Positions 30,649 to 44,805 of a DNA stretch of 64,000 nt are shown one piece after another. The stretch covers positions 16,864,001 to 16,928,000 of the forward strand of contig OZ024749.1 in NCBI GenBank assembly GCA_964016885.1, written 5' to 3'. The first letter of the stretch is position 1; every line of letters starts with the position of its first letter. The translations under genes were made by a program, and so were the position numbers. This DNA is from Eledone cirrhosa (Eukaryota). The notes under the pieces are model-generated. The model made no database searches, was not told where the DNA came from, and was given only the letters and a program-made list of their open reading frames with translations.

Positions 30649-31242
30649 TTCATGAAATAAAAATAGAAATAAATTTTAAATTAAATTAATGAATGGAAGA
30701 AACCGAAATTATAAAGATATAGAAACATGATGTAAGTTGTATATAAGTTCAATCTAAATGTTTGTTTACAAATATAAATAACGGGAACCGTATAGATTGA
30801 CGAAAGTTATTGTAATATCAACATATCAAACAAGAAACAACAAACACACATGCTCACCGAGTCAAAAATAAATAAAATTATATTAAATTAAATTATGTTA
30901 CTCAGAAAAATCAAAATAATACAAGATCTATTTAAGTTAAATTAAAATTAGATTACGTATGCTCTGTATGGTAGTCAAGAAAAATAGAAAGCACGTGTGT
31001 CTGTTGTCTCCTATGAAGGTATCACACGGTGAAAATAAACATGTTTAAAACGCTAATATATGTAAAATATACTTCAAAATAATTGCGTCAAAGCACGAAA
31101 ACTTATCTTTTTTGTATGTTTTCCTTGTCCTCTGAAAAATTAAAGCCATACATAAATCCGATTTACTGTCGATTTAAAATATTAAAATTTCAAATCTGGA
31201 CATACGAGAAACCACGTCTTATTCCAACAAGTTACCAAGCCT

Positions 31243-31363
<121 letters not shown>

Positions 31364-31430
31364 CACATATATATATACCTATATACATATATATATATAT
31401 ACATATATATATATACATATATATATATAC

Positions 31431-31532
<102 letters not shown>

Positions 31533-31651
31533 GTATATATATATATGTATATATATATATGTATATATATATATATGTATATAGGTATATATATATATAC
31601 ATATATGATAAAGAACACAAGAGCGTCTACAACATCAACAGATTTTTATTG

Positions 31652-31696
31652 GCTTACAATGTTTGTTCCTTACGTAACCGTAGGATTCGTCAGAGC
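31652..31696 (-). ncRNA. Degenerate hammerhead motif (family J)
   Basis: GCT-CTGACGA-ATCCT...AGGAA-CAAA-CATT-GTA-AGC, then AATAAA; G12 is altered. Confidence 0.55.
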
Positions 31697-32335
31697 TATA
31701 AAAGGGGTTTGATTGGTGTTATGGACTCTACCAACCAAACATTCAAGAACAAAGAGTAAAGAGAGTAAAGAGCAAAAGTAGGGGACGATAAGTCTAATTT
31801 TGGTGCGGGAGGGTGGGGTGTGGGTCCTTGTTTACTAGCTGCGGTCATATTCATCCCGGGATTCGAGTGGTTAGCTGAACCATAGATGGGGTGGCCTCGA
31901 TAATATGGTGCAGAGGGTGTGCAGAGGCTACACAAACACAAAGGGCATACAATATATATATATATATATAACGGAGGAGAAAGTACATGAGGTAATTAGA
32001 AATGGAAAAAGAGTAATAATTATAATCTATAATTAATAGTGTATAATAAGGCATGGGGAAGATTACACTATAATAAGGTATAAAGGTAAGAATAAGGTAA
32101 AATATAAAGGAGGATAAAAGTGGAAATAATAAAGATAAACAAATATATATGTAAAAAAATATATAGAGAATATATAAAGAAATATAAGCGAATATTTGGA
32201 GGGGAAAACACAATGTAAAAAAACCGATTTTTTTCAAATAAAAATAAAATATTATAATTATGGGGTAGAAAACGGGATAGAGAAATATGATCAAATGTGA
32301 TTAGTTGAGAGAATATAAGATGATAATAGTTATGT

Positions 32336-32410
<75 letters not shown>

Positions 32411-32411
32411 A

Positions 32412-32469
32412 TAAATGTAGGTATGTATGTATACGTACATACATATATGTATACAGACGTACAGTAGCA

Positions 32470-32543
<74 letters not shown>

Positions 32544-32968
32544 CAGGTACACATATATATGTACGTATCAGTTTAGCGAACGTTTATTATAACGCCCGCT
32601 TTGTCCGTTTGTAAACAAGCGAACAGCCTGATTTATGCCATACGGTGTTAAGGCAACCACGTCACCTTTTTGTTCAACACTGACACAGGAACGATGTACT
32701 AGTTTCAAGCTTGTTAGCTATCATCAGCACCGTATACCCTTCTGCCAGATAGTTGAACGTTCGAAAGTATATACTTTCCTTATGAAAATTAACGGCTGAG
32801 CAACCTAATTTGCATATCGAGTGAGTTCAGTCGGCCAGGCGTACCTAAAACGATAAGTTGTAATATAATGAAACGAAATTTCATTTCTCACTCTTAGTAC
32901 GGCACTTACTTAAATGTAAGTATGTATGTATACGTACATACATATATGTATACAGACGTACAGTTGCA

Positions 32969-33058
<90 letters not shown>

Positions 33059-33485
33059 CAGGTACACATATATATATGTACGTATCAGTTTAGCGAACGT
33101 TTATTATAACGCCCGCTTTGTCTGTTTGTAAACAAGCGAACAGCCTGATTTATGCCATACGGTGTTAAGGCAACCACGTCACCTTTTTGTTCAACACTGA
33201 CACAGGAACGATGTACTAGTTTCAAGCTTGTTAGCTATCATCAGCACCGTATGCCCTTCTGCCAGATAGTTGAACGTTCGAAAGTATATACTTTCCTTAT
33301 GAAAATTAACGGATGAGCAGCCTAATTTGCATATCGAGTGAGTTCAGTCGGCCAGGCGTACCTAAAACGATAAGTTGTAATATAATGAAACGAAATTTCA
33401 TTTCTCACTCTTAGTACGGCACTTACTTAAATGTAAGTATGTATGTATACGTACATACATATATGTATACAGACGTACAGTAGCA

Positions 33486-33526
<41 letters not shown>

Positions 33527-33796
33527 GTACACATATATATATGTACGTATCAGTTTAGCGAACGTTTATTATAACGCCCGCTTTGTCCGTTTGTAAACAA
33601 GCGAACAGCCTGATTTATGCCATACGGTGTTAAGGCAACCACGTCACCTTTTTGTTCAACACTGACACAGGAACGATGTACTAGTTTCAAGCTTGTTAGC
33701 TATCATCAGCACCGTATACCCTTCTGACAGATAGTTGAATGTTCGAAAGTATATACTTTCCTTATGAAAATTAACGGCTGAGCAGCCTAATTTGCA
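32412..33796 (-). mobile_element. Tandem array of ORF-less HHR-containing units (family K; retrozyme-like), about 2.8 units
   Basis: Near-identical units with HHRs at 32691, 33208 and 33673 (spacing 517 and 465 bp) and an internal variable (TA)n. Confidence 0.8.
32691..32733 (-). ncRNA. Minimal type I hammerhead ribozyme, canonical core (family K)
   Basis: ACGGTG-CTGATGA-TAGCTAACAAGCTT-GAAA-CTA-GTA-CATCGT. Copies at 33208-33250, 33673-33715, 37939-37981 (C3 mutated), 59404-59446 (all -) and 61660-61702 (+). Confidence 0.85.
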
Positions 33797-33841
33797 AACC
33801 CGCCAAACAACCCCGCACTCGATGCCTTCGAGCTGGACCTT

Positions 33842-35986
33842 ATGAACATGATAAGTGAAACTAAATTTAAAAAAAGAACAAATCACAACAAATTGCAAAG
33901 TGACTTAAATACATTACTTAAAAAACTAAAAGACACTAACGGTATCATAGTAAAAGCAGACAAAACATCAAACGTATACTCTATGGACATTAACACATAC
34001 AATAACTTTATTCAGCGTGAACTACATAAAAAATATAAAAAAACAAATGAATCTACACTCACCAGCATAAACATGGAGGGCCTCAAGATAGTTAATAAAC
34101 TCGGAATTTCAGATAGGACCGAACCGCTTACCCCGTGCAACCCTACATTTAACCTGAAAGATCACAAAAATAACTTTGAAACTAATCCCACCATTAGATT
34201 AATATGCCCATCCAAGTCAGACATAGGTAAAATTAGCAAAAACATTCTAGATAGGGTAATCGCACAAATAAAGGGTAAACTAGAAATCAATTTATGGGGC
34301 AACACTAACGAGGCAATTAAATGGTTCAATAAAATACAAAATAGGGAGACGTGTAACTTCATACAATTTGATATAGACGACTATTATGCATCCATATCCC
34401 CAGCTATCCTAGATAAGGCGCTTATATTTGCCCAAAATAACTCTGATCTTACCCATGATGAAATTGAAATAATAATAGCGGCTAGAAGGACTATCGTAAA
34501 ATTTGAAAATAACTACTGGGTAAGAAAGGATAGAATAAATAGCTTTGATATTACAATGGGATCAAATGATTCTGCGCAAATTACAGATATCGTGGGGCTA
34601 TTCATAGCACACAACCTACATAAGGAATTCAGTAACCTCCAAGGAGGAATTTATAGGGACGACACGTTACTTATAGCTAGGAACCTAAACAACCAGAGCA
34701 TGGAAAGACTAAGGAAAAATATTAGAATATTCTTCAAAAAACTAGGCCTAAGTATTACCTACGAACTAAACCATAAGAAGGTAAATTTTCTAGATGTAAC
34801 TCTAAATCTAAATACTTGATTAATAGAACCTTTCCACAAAAATAATGAAAATCTTGCCTACATTAGTTACAACTCAAATCACCCCAAATCCATAATTAAA
34901 TCCATAGCACGTAGTATATCCCTCCGAATATCCCGCTTATCCTCAAACCTAGAAATCTTTAACGAGCATGCTGACTATTATAATGCAGCATTAAGTAGGG
35001 CCGGTCATAAAGATAAACTACAGCATATAGTGAATAAGGACAACATAAACAATCCTAGTAATTACTACTCCAACCGCTCACATAATAATAGGAATAGCTT
35101 GACTAGACATAGGGTTAGACATGTAACACCTAGAGTAAACGGCCAAAACACTAATAACGTAAACCCTAGAAACAATAGAAGAAACAGACAAAGAAAATAC
35201 CTATGGTTCAACCCAATATTCAACTCCTCTATAAAAACTAGACTGCCCTCTACATTCTTTAAACTAATAGATAAACACTTCCCTGTCTCGCATAGATATC
35301 ACAAAATACTCAATAGATCTACTATAAAACTCTCTTTCTCAACAGCAGCTAACATAGAATCACACATACGCAAGATCAACCACAGAAATATCTCAAGTAA
35401 ATCAATTGCACCTATACATAAGCACAAACTCATCACAACATCACAACCACAAGCGCATACAAACGCGCAGCAGCAAAACCCCATTGGGCATATATCACAA
35501 CCCACTTATAACAGAGTACTAAATAGGAATGTAAAAGCTGCACAAAATAGCGCCTCAAACTGCAACTGTCACCTCCCAGATAGGTGCCCATTGGCGAACA
35601 GATGACTGGATTCGAGCCTGGTGTACATGTGCACTGTCATCTCGGGTAACTCCACCTGGAATTACATAGGATCCACCGCGGGTTCTTTTAAGAAAAGATG
35701 GTATGTGCACAGGCACTCAATGAAAAACCGTGCACTTATGGGTTCCACCACCCTCGCCAGAAAAATATGGGAATTGAAGGACAGCAACACTAACTACACT
35801 ATCAACTGGTCGAAGTTGTCGGCTGCTAAAACCTATAGTACAGGGATGTCCTATTGCGGGCTGTGTGATCTTGAGCTATTGTATATCCTTAGAAATGTTA
35901 AAAGGCTACTTAATAATAAGTTAGAAAGATCTATCTTCTGCAGACATAGAATAGCCACTAAATTCATAAGATTCAAACCTCCGTGA
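33842..35986 (+). CDS. PLE RT plus GIY-YIG, single frame interrupted only by TGA at 34817-34819 and 35603-35605
   Basis: ADKT, FIQFDIDDYYASI, ITMGSNDSAQ, IYRDD, NFLDV, SNHP, WFNP, CNCHLPDRCPLANR*LDSSLVYMC, YIGST, CGLC. The three provided ORFs share one frame. Confidence 0.85.
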
Positions 35987-36338
35987 ATCGAACCAACATA
36001 ACATAGCTTTAAATTAGGATACCTACTACCCACAGAAATATATTCATTAAGTATACTATATCCTTCACAAGTCTATACCACACAATTGTCTGTAAGTACC
36101 TCATCTACCAACAATCTTACTCCTTCTCAGCTGCTGTAATCATTTGATCCTAGATCCTAGTTTTTCTCATTTCACTACTACAATGTTACTTTACCTTCTT
36201 TTTGCCATAATTACAATTAGCACGCTTTTCTCTTTGCATGTATGTATATTTTTGTACGAGTGTATATTGATGTGTATGTATGTGTCTATGTACACATGCA
36301 TGTGTATATATGTGTATATATATTTATATATATGTATA

Positions 36339-36371
<33 letters not shown>

Positions 36372-36756
36372 GTGTGTGTGCGTAGATATATGCGTATATT
36401 AATTCGTTAACCTCTGTATTAACTCTACAACTATTTAGCTTTGACAGTGGTCCCACTCATGTATACTGTTGAAGATGAAGAGAAAGACTGTAAAAACTAG
36501 CTTATCTTTATAATTTAAAATTGATATACACTACGATACTCTGTACATGTCAACGCTTCATTTTGCCTTATGACAGCTGGTTTTCACGCCGTAACATTAG
36601 ATACATTACTTAGGTGGGGGGCACCTAAGTAATGTCAGGGTCTCCTTAAATAATTTATTGATAGCATTGTTGTAATTGTTCTAATTGAATGCCATTACTA
36701 CTCCATACAGTAGCCTGTATTTTCTTTTCTTTTCTTGCCTGTGTATTTTCTTCATT

Positions 36757-36877
36757 CTCGCATGCTCCGAAGATCTGACTGGTTATAATTCTGTATTAGC
36801 GATCGAGTAACGCAAAATTAAGCGGATAGCGATCTCTAGACATACCAGTTCAGTGAAACAAATGTAAGCTATGTGAG
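36757..36877 (+). ncRNA. Hammerhead motif with ~80-nt stem II and CCGAAGA core (family L)
   Basis: CTCGCATGCT-CCGAAGA-[CTGACTGGT...ACCAGTTCAG]-GAAA-CAAAT-GTA-AGCTATGTGAG. Confidence 0.65.
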
Positions 36878-36936
36878 TAAAAACTTTTTTGTATAGCAAA
36901 CCATGTAAACCTTCTTTCCTGATTTTTATATATATA

Positions 36937-37743
36937 TGTCCCAACGACTTTTTTTAGCCGTTGTTCGCACCAACCTGAGGCATATGGCCCTTAAAGCGAT
37001 GAAATGCCGAGGACGGTTGGAGGGTCACTGATGAAGGACTCACTTTTTCATATGTATCCCATTTGCAACGCCGCAGCTCCATTATTATCATCATATTTAC
37101 ACATATAATTTTTCCATGCTGCCTTCGTCTGTTTCGTTCCTTGTATCTTTACCACTTCTAGCAGTCTCCCTCTCTGTTACTCTCTCCTCAACTTTCACTC
37201 ACTCATTCTCTGTCACTATCTCTCCTCCTCCTCTTTCCTCCTCCTCCTTCAAGTTTGACCTGTGTGTAATTCTTTTCTCGCGCAGTCTTGACCGAGCTGG
37301 TATGGAATTTTTTTCTCTCTCTCTTTCGTCTGCGACTTCACAAAACTTGCGTTTACCGAATTCATAGACCAGACCCCCTTATCTTCTTCTTCTTCTTCTT
37401 CTTCTTCTTCTTCTTCCTCTTCTCTCCTTTTTCTTTCTCCCCCCCCCCCCCCCCCGTCAAACTTGGGCGAAATTCTTTCCTTGCTCACATTTCTACCAGG
37501 TTCGATGGTCTTTCGTCTCTTGTTCACGATTTCACAGAGTTTATATTCATAGAGATCTGGGACTTGTCTATTTCTACTCACTTTCCGTTGCTTAAACCCT
37601 TTTGTTGTTACTCTAGCGTCCCCCTTTATTTACGTGTCCCAACGACTTTTTTTAGCCGTTGTTCGCACCAACCTGAGGCATATGGCCCTTAAAGCGATGA
37701 AATGCCGAGGACGGTTGGAGGGTCACTGATGAAGGACTCACTT

Positions 37744-37750
<7 letters not shown>
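36937..37750. mobile_element. Small non-coding element with identical ~113-bp direct terminal repeats (TG...CA)
   Basis: 36937-37050 matches 37635-37748; pyrimidine-rich interior; TA flanks. Confidence 0.65.
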
Positions 37751-37784
<34 letters not shown>

Positions 37785-37791
<7 letters not shown>

Positions 37792-38042
37792 GTACACATA
37801 TATATATGTACGTATCAGTTTAGCGAACGTTTATTATAACGCCCGCATTTGTCCGTTTGTAAACAAGCGAACAGCCTGATTTATGCTATACGGTGTTAAG
37901 GCAACCACGTCACCTTTTTGTTCAACACTGACACAGGAACGATGTACTAGTTTCAAGCTTGTTAGCTATCATCACCACCGTATACCCTTCTGCCAGATAG
38001 TAGTTCGCTAAACTGATACGTACATATATATATGTGTACCTG

Positions 38043-38098
<56 letters not shown>

Positions 38099-38212
38099 TG
38101 CTACTGTACGTCTGTATACATATATGTATGTACGTATACATACATACTTACATTTAAGTAAGTGCCGTACTAAGAGTGAGAAATGAAATTTCGTTTCATT
38201 ATATTACAACTT
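37785..38212. mobile_element. Rearranged (internally inverted) family K copy
   Basis: The unit runs to 38000, then switches strand (GTTCGCTAAACTGATACGTAC...). Confidence 0.75.
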
Positions 38213-38232
38213 ATATATACATATATATATAC

Positions 38233-38439
<207 letters not shown>

Positions 38440-38579
38440 CATATATATATACATATATATACATATATATACATATATATATACATATATATATACATAT
38501 ATATATATACATATATATATATATACACATATATATATATATACATAGATATATATATTATATATATAAATATATATAT

Positions 38580-41500
38580 AAGAATTAAAATACTAGAGTG
38601 TGTTGGAGTTAAACACCCTCTTCATATTATAGAAATGACAGTAAAGGTATAGCTCAATGTAATTAAACAGAGCAGAAGAATTATGAAAATAAACCAAAGA
38701 AGCCTTCAATACATCAAAAGTCTTTATTAGCCAACAATGTTTCGTCCTATTAAGGACTCATCAGGCAAGTAAAGTTATAAGAAGCACTATCGGCCAATAC
38801 AAGCCAAAAACTCAGAAGAATATGGAGTATACATACATTAAAGCATAGAAAAATTATCAAGTAAAAATTGCTAAGGAAGTGAATAACATTTTGAACCATA
38901 TTACAAATATAGTACAATGCAAAAACTAAAACTAAACACAAGTGGTGATATAAAGCGAGAATTACAGTACTATATGTAATATAATATAATATAATATAAT
39001 ATAATATAATTGATAATGATAATAATAATAATATTAAAATGCCCAATATACACATATATATATATACATATGTACACACATATATATATATATATCAATA
39101 CACATATCCATCAATACAAACACAAACTAACACTTATTAAGAGTTTAAATATAAATAAAAATAAAAATAAAAATATAATACATATATTATTTACAGTATA
39201 AAATGATAAAGAAATGAGTAAAAGTAAACATATAATATATAATATACTATATAATTATATAATTTATAATCTCCGGTCAATAACACTATAATAACAATAT
39301 TATAATGCATTGGCATATAACTTAACAAAACATATAAAGTTACACACAGGGTGAGAAAAAATATCATACAGAACTAAATTGTGTTGAAAAAATTGTGCTA
39401 GAAAAATATCTATACCGTTGTAAGAAAACAGACGGAGGTCAAGTTTTTATACAATTGGTATAAATATATATTATCTAAACATTACAAAAATTATAAAAAT
39501 ATAAACATATTACAGAATTTACAAAATTTAACATAAGGGTACATCGAATAATCGGTAAATATTTAAGATCTATAGTGCAATTACATTGAGTGATATGATA
39601 TAACAACTTCAATATCAAATAATAAACATATTATAATATAAATAATTACATGGTTGGTAGACAGACATATGTGAATAAGTGAATAAGAAACAGACAGAAA
39701 AACTACGCACGGTAGTAAAAAAAATATAAATAAAATCATATAAATAAAATCAACCGGAAATCGAAAAGCAAAAACAAGTATATTTACTTAAGTGTCACAA
39801 GTAAAAAAATTAGGAATCAAACCCGGATAAATGACTAGAAAACCCTATTAAATTAATTAATATTGAAAGTATCTAAAATACATAAGTCAATACAAAATTA
39901 GCTATGGTTTAAGTAATCAAAATCTCCAAAGTTTAAGATATCTCAATAAAAATATCTAGAATAGAATGAAATATCCTACTATCAGTTGAATAACGTTATC
40001 TAATAAACGGATTTTAAATAGAACTATGGTAGGCCAATGGGGACAGAAAAAAGAAAGGTATGGAGGATACGAAGGAGCATAAAATCATAATCAATATACT
40101 GTATTATACAATAGAAAGGAGCATACAAGGGAATTAAATATAATTATAGTATAATTGAAGGGGCGAATGACAAGTGTGTGGGGGGGGGGTTAATTATCTA
40201 AATGAGAATCCAAATAAAATAAAATAAAATAAAATAATATAAAATAAAATAAAATAAAATAAAATAAAATATATAATCAGATATAAACTCATAAGGTGTT
40301 AATAGTGAAAATATAATATTTAAGAAGATAGATATGGTATGGTAGCCAAAAGACTATGAAAGCTAGATCGAAAAGCTGTTAAAAACCAATAATAATAATG
40401 ATAATGATGGTGGTAAACAAAATGAACCTAAACAAAAAAGATAAGGGAATATATCAGCTAATGGATACAATTTACACTACCAGAACTTTTAGGTTTATAA
40501 TAAAAGTAAGGGGCATGAAGAGAATATCTCAGACTTTCTATTAAGTAAGGGTTCCCTAGAGAAAATTATAGAGTGGGTCTCAAGGATACAGAGATTACAG
40601 AATTTAGTGTGCGTTGATAGGTTATTAGAGCGTGCTACTATTCGCCAATTAAGGCTATATGGTATATTAGCCCCCTTAAGATCCCAGATATGGTGTGCTA
40701 AAGAAGTAGAATTCTTAAACTTAACATGTTTAAAATTAGAGGTATGAGAATTAAACCTAGTCTTAAAAGTGTTAGATGTTGAGCCTATATATGTGCTATA
40801 AGAGGAATTAGTTTTAACTACACAAGCATAAACGATGTTCCTAGCGAGGCAGTTACCGTTTAAAGGGCAGTTAACACTCACTCTACAGTTACACTTCCGG
40901 ATGCTATTGATCGGCTGAAGTAGTGATGCATCACTCGTAGGGTTACTATGAGATAAGGTCTGCTAGGGTGGTAAGACATTTATGGATCTATCCAGACTAG
41001 TAGTATGCAGAGAGGAGTAGCCGTCCCTAATTTTCCCATTGTTAGTGCTAGCTAAATGAGAACTAATATTAGGGGTGGTAGAGAATGATAGTTTAATTAC
41101 ATTTTTATTAAAAATACCGTGGTATTTATTAGTAGGAGGGAAATTTTTTCTCTAAGATAGAAAGGAAAGACCTAGGGGTGTTAGTTAATACTTCCTGATC
41201 ATATGGCGGGTTAAAATAAGTATTTAGTCTCCTTCTATTTCTATCCTTACCAACTCTACCGTTATCTAATATCCCATTATTAAGATCTGGGTTACTACTA
41301 GGACTAGCTAAAACCACATTATTAGAATCAGCCGAAACCCCGTTGAGTCTCTTTCTGTTTCTACCTCTAGTATATCTACTGCTATCTGGAATCATATCAA
41401 TAGGATTAGGGCTAATAATAGGATCAGTAGAAACAACACTATTAGAATTAGATTTAGCAAAAGCATTACCACTGAGTGAGCGCTCGGAGCGCCCAACTTG

Positions 41501-42190
41501 ATCCCTAGAACTATTAGATTCCCTATTACGAATCCAGTGGCTTAACTTATGGATGGTTTCGGATACACCTATGCGATTTCTACGATTCTTATGCTTTCTA
41601 CTCCCATTCATGGCCATATTATGGGATATTATGTTATTATTATTATCGGTAAGCGGAGACTTTCTAAGGTTACTATTATTATAATGTATTTTACCAGAGT
41701 AACCGGAGTTAGCTAGGGCATTATTATAGTACTCTGCATGTGCATTAAATATTCCTATGCCCTTAGAGAGTGTTAAAATTCTATTAGATACACCATTAAT
41801 TATAGAGCTTATCATAGATTTGGGGTGGTTAGAATTGGGACTAACATAAGAGAGTATTTTATTAGGCTTATGGAAGGGTTTAAAACTATTAGTGACCAAG
41901 TCCAAAGTCACATATAAAAAGTTGACCGCTCTATGATTTCTATCTATCGTGATCGAACGGTTAAAGCTTTTAAAAAACTTATAAAATTTCTTATTATTAT
42001 GCTCGATGTTATTAGTGCTAGAGTTAATCACAAACAATGCATCGTCACGATAAAGTCCGCCTTTAAGGTGCGGAAAGGCAACATACAGTTCATTTAGGAG
42101 GACCAGCCCAACAAGATCAGTTACCTGGGCCGAATCACTCGAACCCATTGTAACGTCGGAATTGTTGGGCGTGTTTTTTACGGGTCCAAA
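38580..42190 (-). mobile_element. 5'-truncated Naiad-like PLE (family I), degenerate
   Basis: [45 protein letters not shown]; long 3' UTR with HHR at 38730-38766. Confidence 0.9.
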
Positions 42191-42244
42191 ATGTATCATC
42201 GAAATTGATGATAGTTCTACATATATATATATATATATTTGAAA

Positions 42245-42463
42245 GGAACGATCGACTTTCGTCAAATCGGACCGAGGGAACAATGTTTCCGTTGGTCTTT
42301 CCAATTGCTAATACTATCTATCGGTCGCAACTCCAGGTAGAAGGAGCAACGTGAAGTAAAGTGTCTTGCTCAAGGACATAACGCATCGCCTGGTCCAGGA
42401 ATCGAACTCACAACCTTACGATTGCGAATCCAATTCTTTAACCACTCCGCCACACGCCTTCAC
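42245..42463 (-). mobile_element. tRNA-derived SINE, same family as 2120-2336
   Basis: A/B boxes and shared body. Confidence 0.85.
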
Positions 42464-42483
42464 ATATATATATTTATACACAC

Positions 42484-42515
<32 letters not shown>

Positions 42516-42525
42516 TTATATATAC

Positions 42526-42712
42526 ACAGTTCACCATAGCTAGAAATAAGATTAGACAAATAGTAGACAGGTATACTAAGAGACAGAGCAGACCAGAGGC
42601 CCAACAACTTGGGAGGAAACCTGTAGAAGGCTTGGTTAGCTTCAAGCAGCGCACAAGGGATGGTGAGGTAGTGTGTCTACCCACGGATAAGTCTGGTAGG
42701 ATGTCAATAGAC
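42526..42712 (+). pseudogene. Isolated retroelement fragment resembling the PLE DKG region
   Basis: [28 protein letters not shown] between two (TA)n tracts. Confidence 0.5.
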
Positions 42713-42720
42713 ATATATAA

Positions 42721-42783
<63 letters not shown>

Positions 42784-42871
42784 TATATGTATATATATAC
42801 ATATATATATATATATGTATATATATACATATATATATATATACATATATATATATATGTATATATATACA

Positions 42872-42903
<32 letters not shown>

Positions 42904-43096
42904 CATATATATATAAATATATATATACATATATATATATATATACATATATATATTTATACATATATATATATGTATATATATACATATATATATATAC
43001 ATCTATATACATATATATATATACATCTATATATATATATATATATACATATATATATACATATATACATATATATATGTATATATATACATATAT

Positions 43097-43179
<83 letters not shown>

Positions 43180-43543
43180 TACATATATATATGTATATAT
43201 ATACATATATATATATACATATATATATACTACCAGTTTAGCCCGGCGTTGCTCGGGTTTGTTCATTTGCTATGAAAAGTTACATACAGGTAAACTTGGT
43301 TTGAAAGCGAATAAGCTTATTAATTAAGTGCATAAAGCAGTTGAACCGGTTATTAAAAGTTACGAACCAATTAGCATTTTGGTCAATCAATGATGGGTTA
43401 ATAATCCTCCAATAGCGAATTTAGTAGACCAAAGTTGCAAGATGGTGGCCCTGATGCCGCTGGGTGTCAGATCTGTCCGCCATGGGATACCCTACCAGGA
43501 AATAGTGTTCCAGACGGCATAGCTCCAACACCTGCACCAACAT

Positions 43544-44805
43544 CTATAGCACCTCTTTGTAGACGATATTGCGTGTCATCCCTTGAGGAGAGTAAGCAAA
43601 AAGTCCATTCCTGCTCCCTGCGCGGGAACAGGCAACATAAAGTTGGCCATGGGAGAAGCATGGCTCCTCCAAATGGATGCCCGCCACCGACAATGTTTGC
43701 CCTTGTGACTTGTTAATGGACATGGCAAAACATGGTCTCACTGGGAATTGGGATCGTCGGAAATCGAACGGGATATCTGACGCCGAGGGGAAAAGGTTCA
43801 TCCTTGGAATGAAAATATTCTCCCCTCTTCAGCACCCCGTTACAATGGTGGCCTCAATCAAGTGGGTGTCAGTGACTTGACGACCATGCGAGTATCGTTG
43901 CACTGCTTTGGTGGACGCAAGTTCCTTATTAGCATAATGGGACAGCCAACCCTAAGCTTAATAATGTGAGGTGGGAGCCCTGGGAGCTCAAGGAGATATA
44001 ATAACTCAACCGGATAATTAACAATATCGTCGGGGTCTGATTTGAAGATGTGCTCTTTACCGGGAATCTTCTCAATCAGCTGCTCGTTAATAAAATTAAC
44101 CATGGTATTTTTCGGAGCAAGGATGGCTCTTTCGCTGAGCCAATCGAGGTTTTTAAAGTTAGATGAGACATTAGGAAAAACTGCTTCCCAAAGGTCAGAA
44201 GGGCTGCTCACAAGGTTGCACAGGGTGTCGATTGCTATACCGACCTTGTCATCAGCAGGGATCTTGCCCTCACCAAGTGCTAAAATGTTCTGTGCTGCAG
44301 ACATGTTGTCACCATGCAAATGAGCACGCATATTTGTGCTCAGGTACAAACTATTCACCTGGAGCCACAACATGGACGACTTAAGACAAGCACGCACTTC
44401 ATCAGCTCTTGTCCATTTGGGGATGACAGGCAGCGTTTTCCGAAAATCCCCTGATAGCAGAAGGGTTACGCCACCCATAGGAGCCGTAGAATCCCTAATG
44501 TCTTTCAGGGCCCTGTCCAATGCCTCAAGGGCACCCTTGTGTGCCATTGTGCACTCATCCCAAACAATGAGGCAACATCTTTTGAGAACCAGAGCTTTGT
44601 GTGAACTCTTGCTGATATTGCATGTTGGTGTCTCAGTTTTTACTAAATCCAAAGGGAGTTTAAAGGTTGAATGTGCTGTCCTGCCTCCCGGCAGCAAAGT
44701 AGCAGCGATCCCGGACGATGCAACGGACAACGCAACTTTTTTCTCCTGACGAATCTTAGCGAGAATCAAATTTTTTACAAAAGTGTTTCCGGTAGCCCCA
44801 GGAGC
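43544..44805 (-). pseudogene. Helitron PIF1-family helicase (frameshifted)
   Basis: APGATGNTF (degenerate Walker A), ASSGIAATLL, IVWDEC, GDFR, QFPVRPCFAMSINKSQGQTL, FSHGQLYVACSR. Confidence 0.9.

Larger units (their letters stand above)
33797..36930 (+). mobile_element. Naiad-like PLE, 5'-truncated, with HHR-bearing 3' end (family L)
   Basis: RT plus GIY-YIG in one frame, ~950-bp 3' UTR, ending in TA repeats. Confidence 0.92.

Noticed and set aside
32412-33796. CRISPR-like repeat/spacer array
   Set aside because: The units are ~500 bp, the spacers are microsatellite, the context is eukaryotic and there are no cas genes.
36565-36605. SECIS candidate starting ATGAC
   Set aside because: No well-paired helix with an apical AA and a matching GA was found by eye.
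36970-37045. Hammerhead in the 113-bp direct repeat
   Set aside because: Core words are present but stems II and III could not be formed.
43544-44805. Host PIF1 helicase gene
   Set aside because: It is intronless, frameshifted and lies within Helitron termini.
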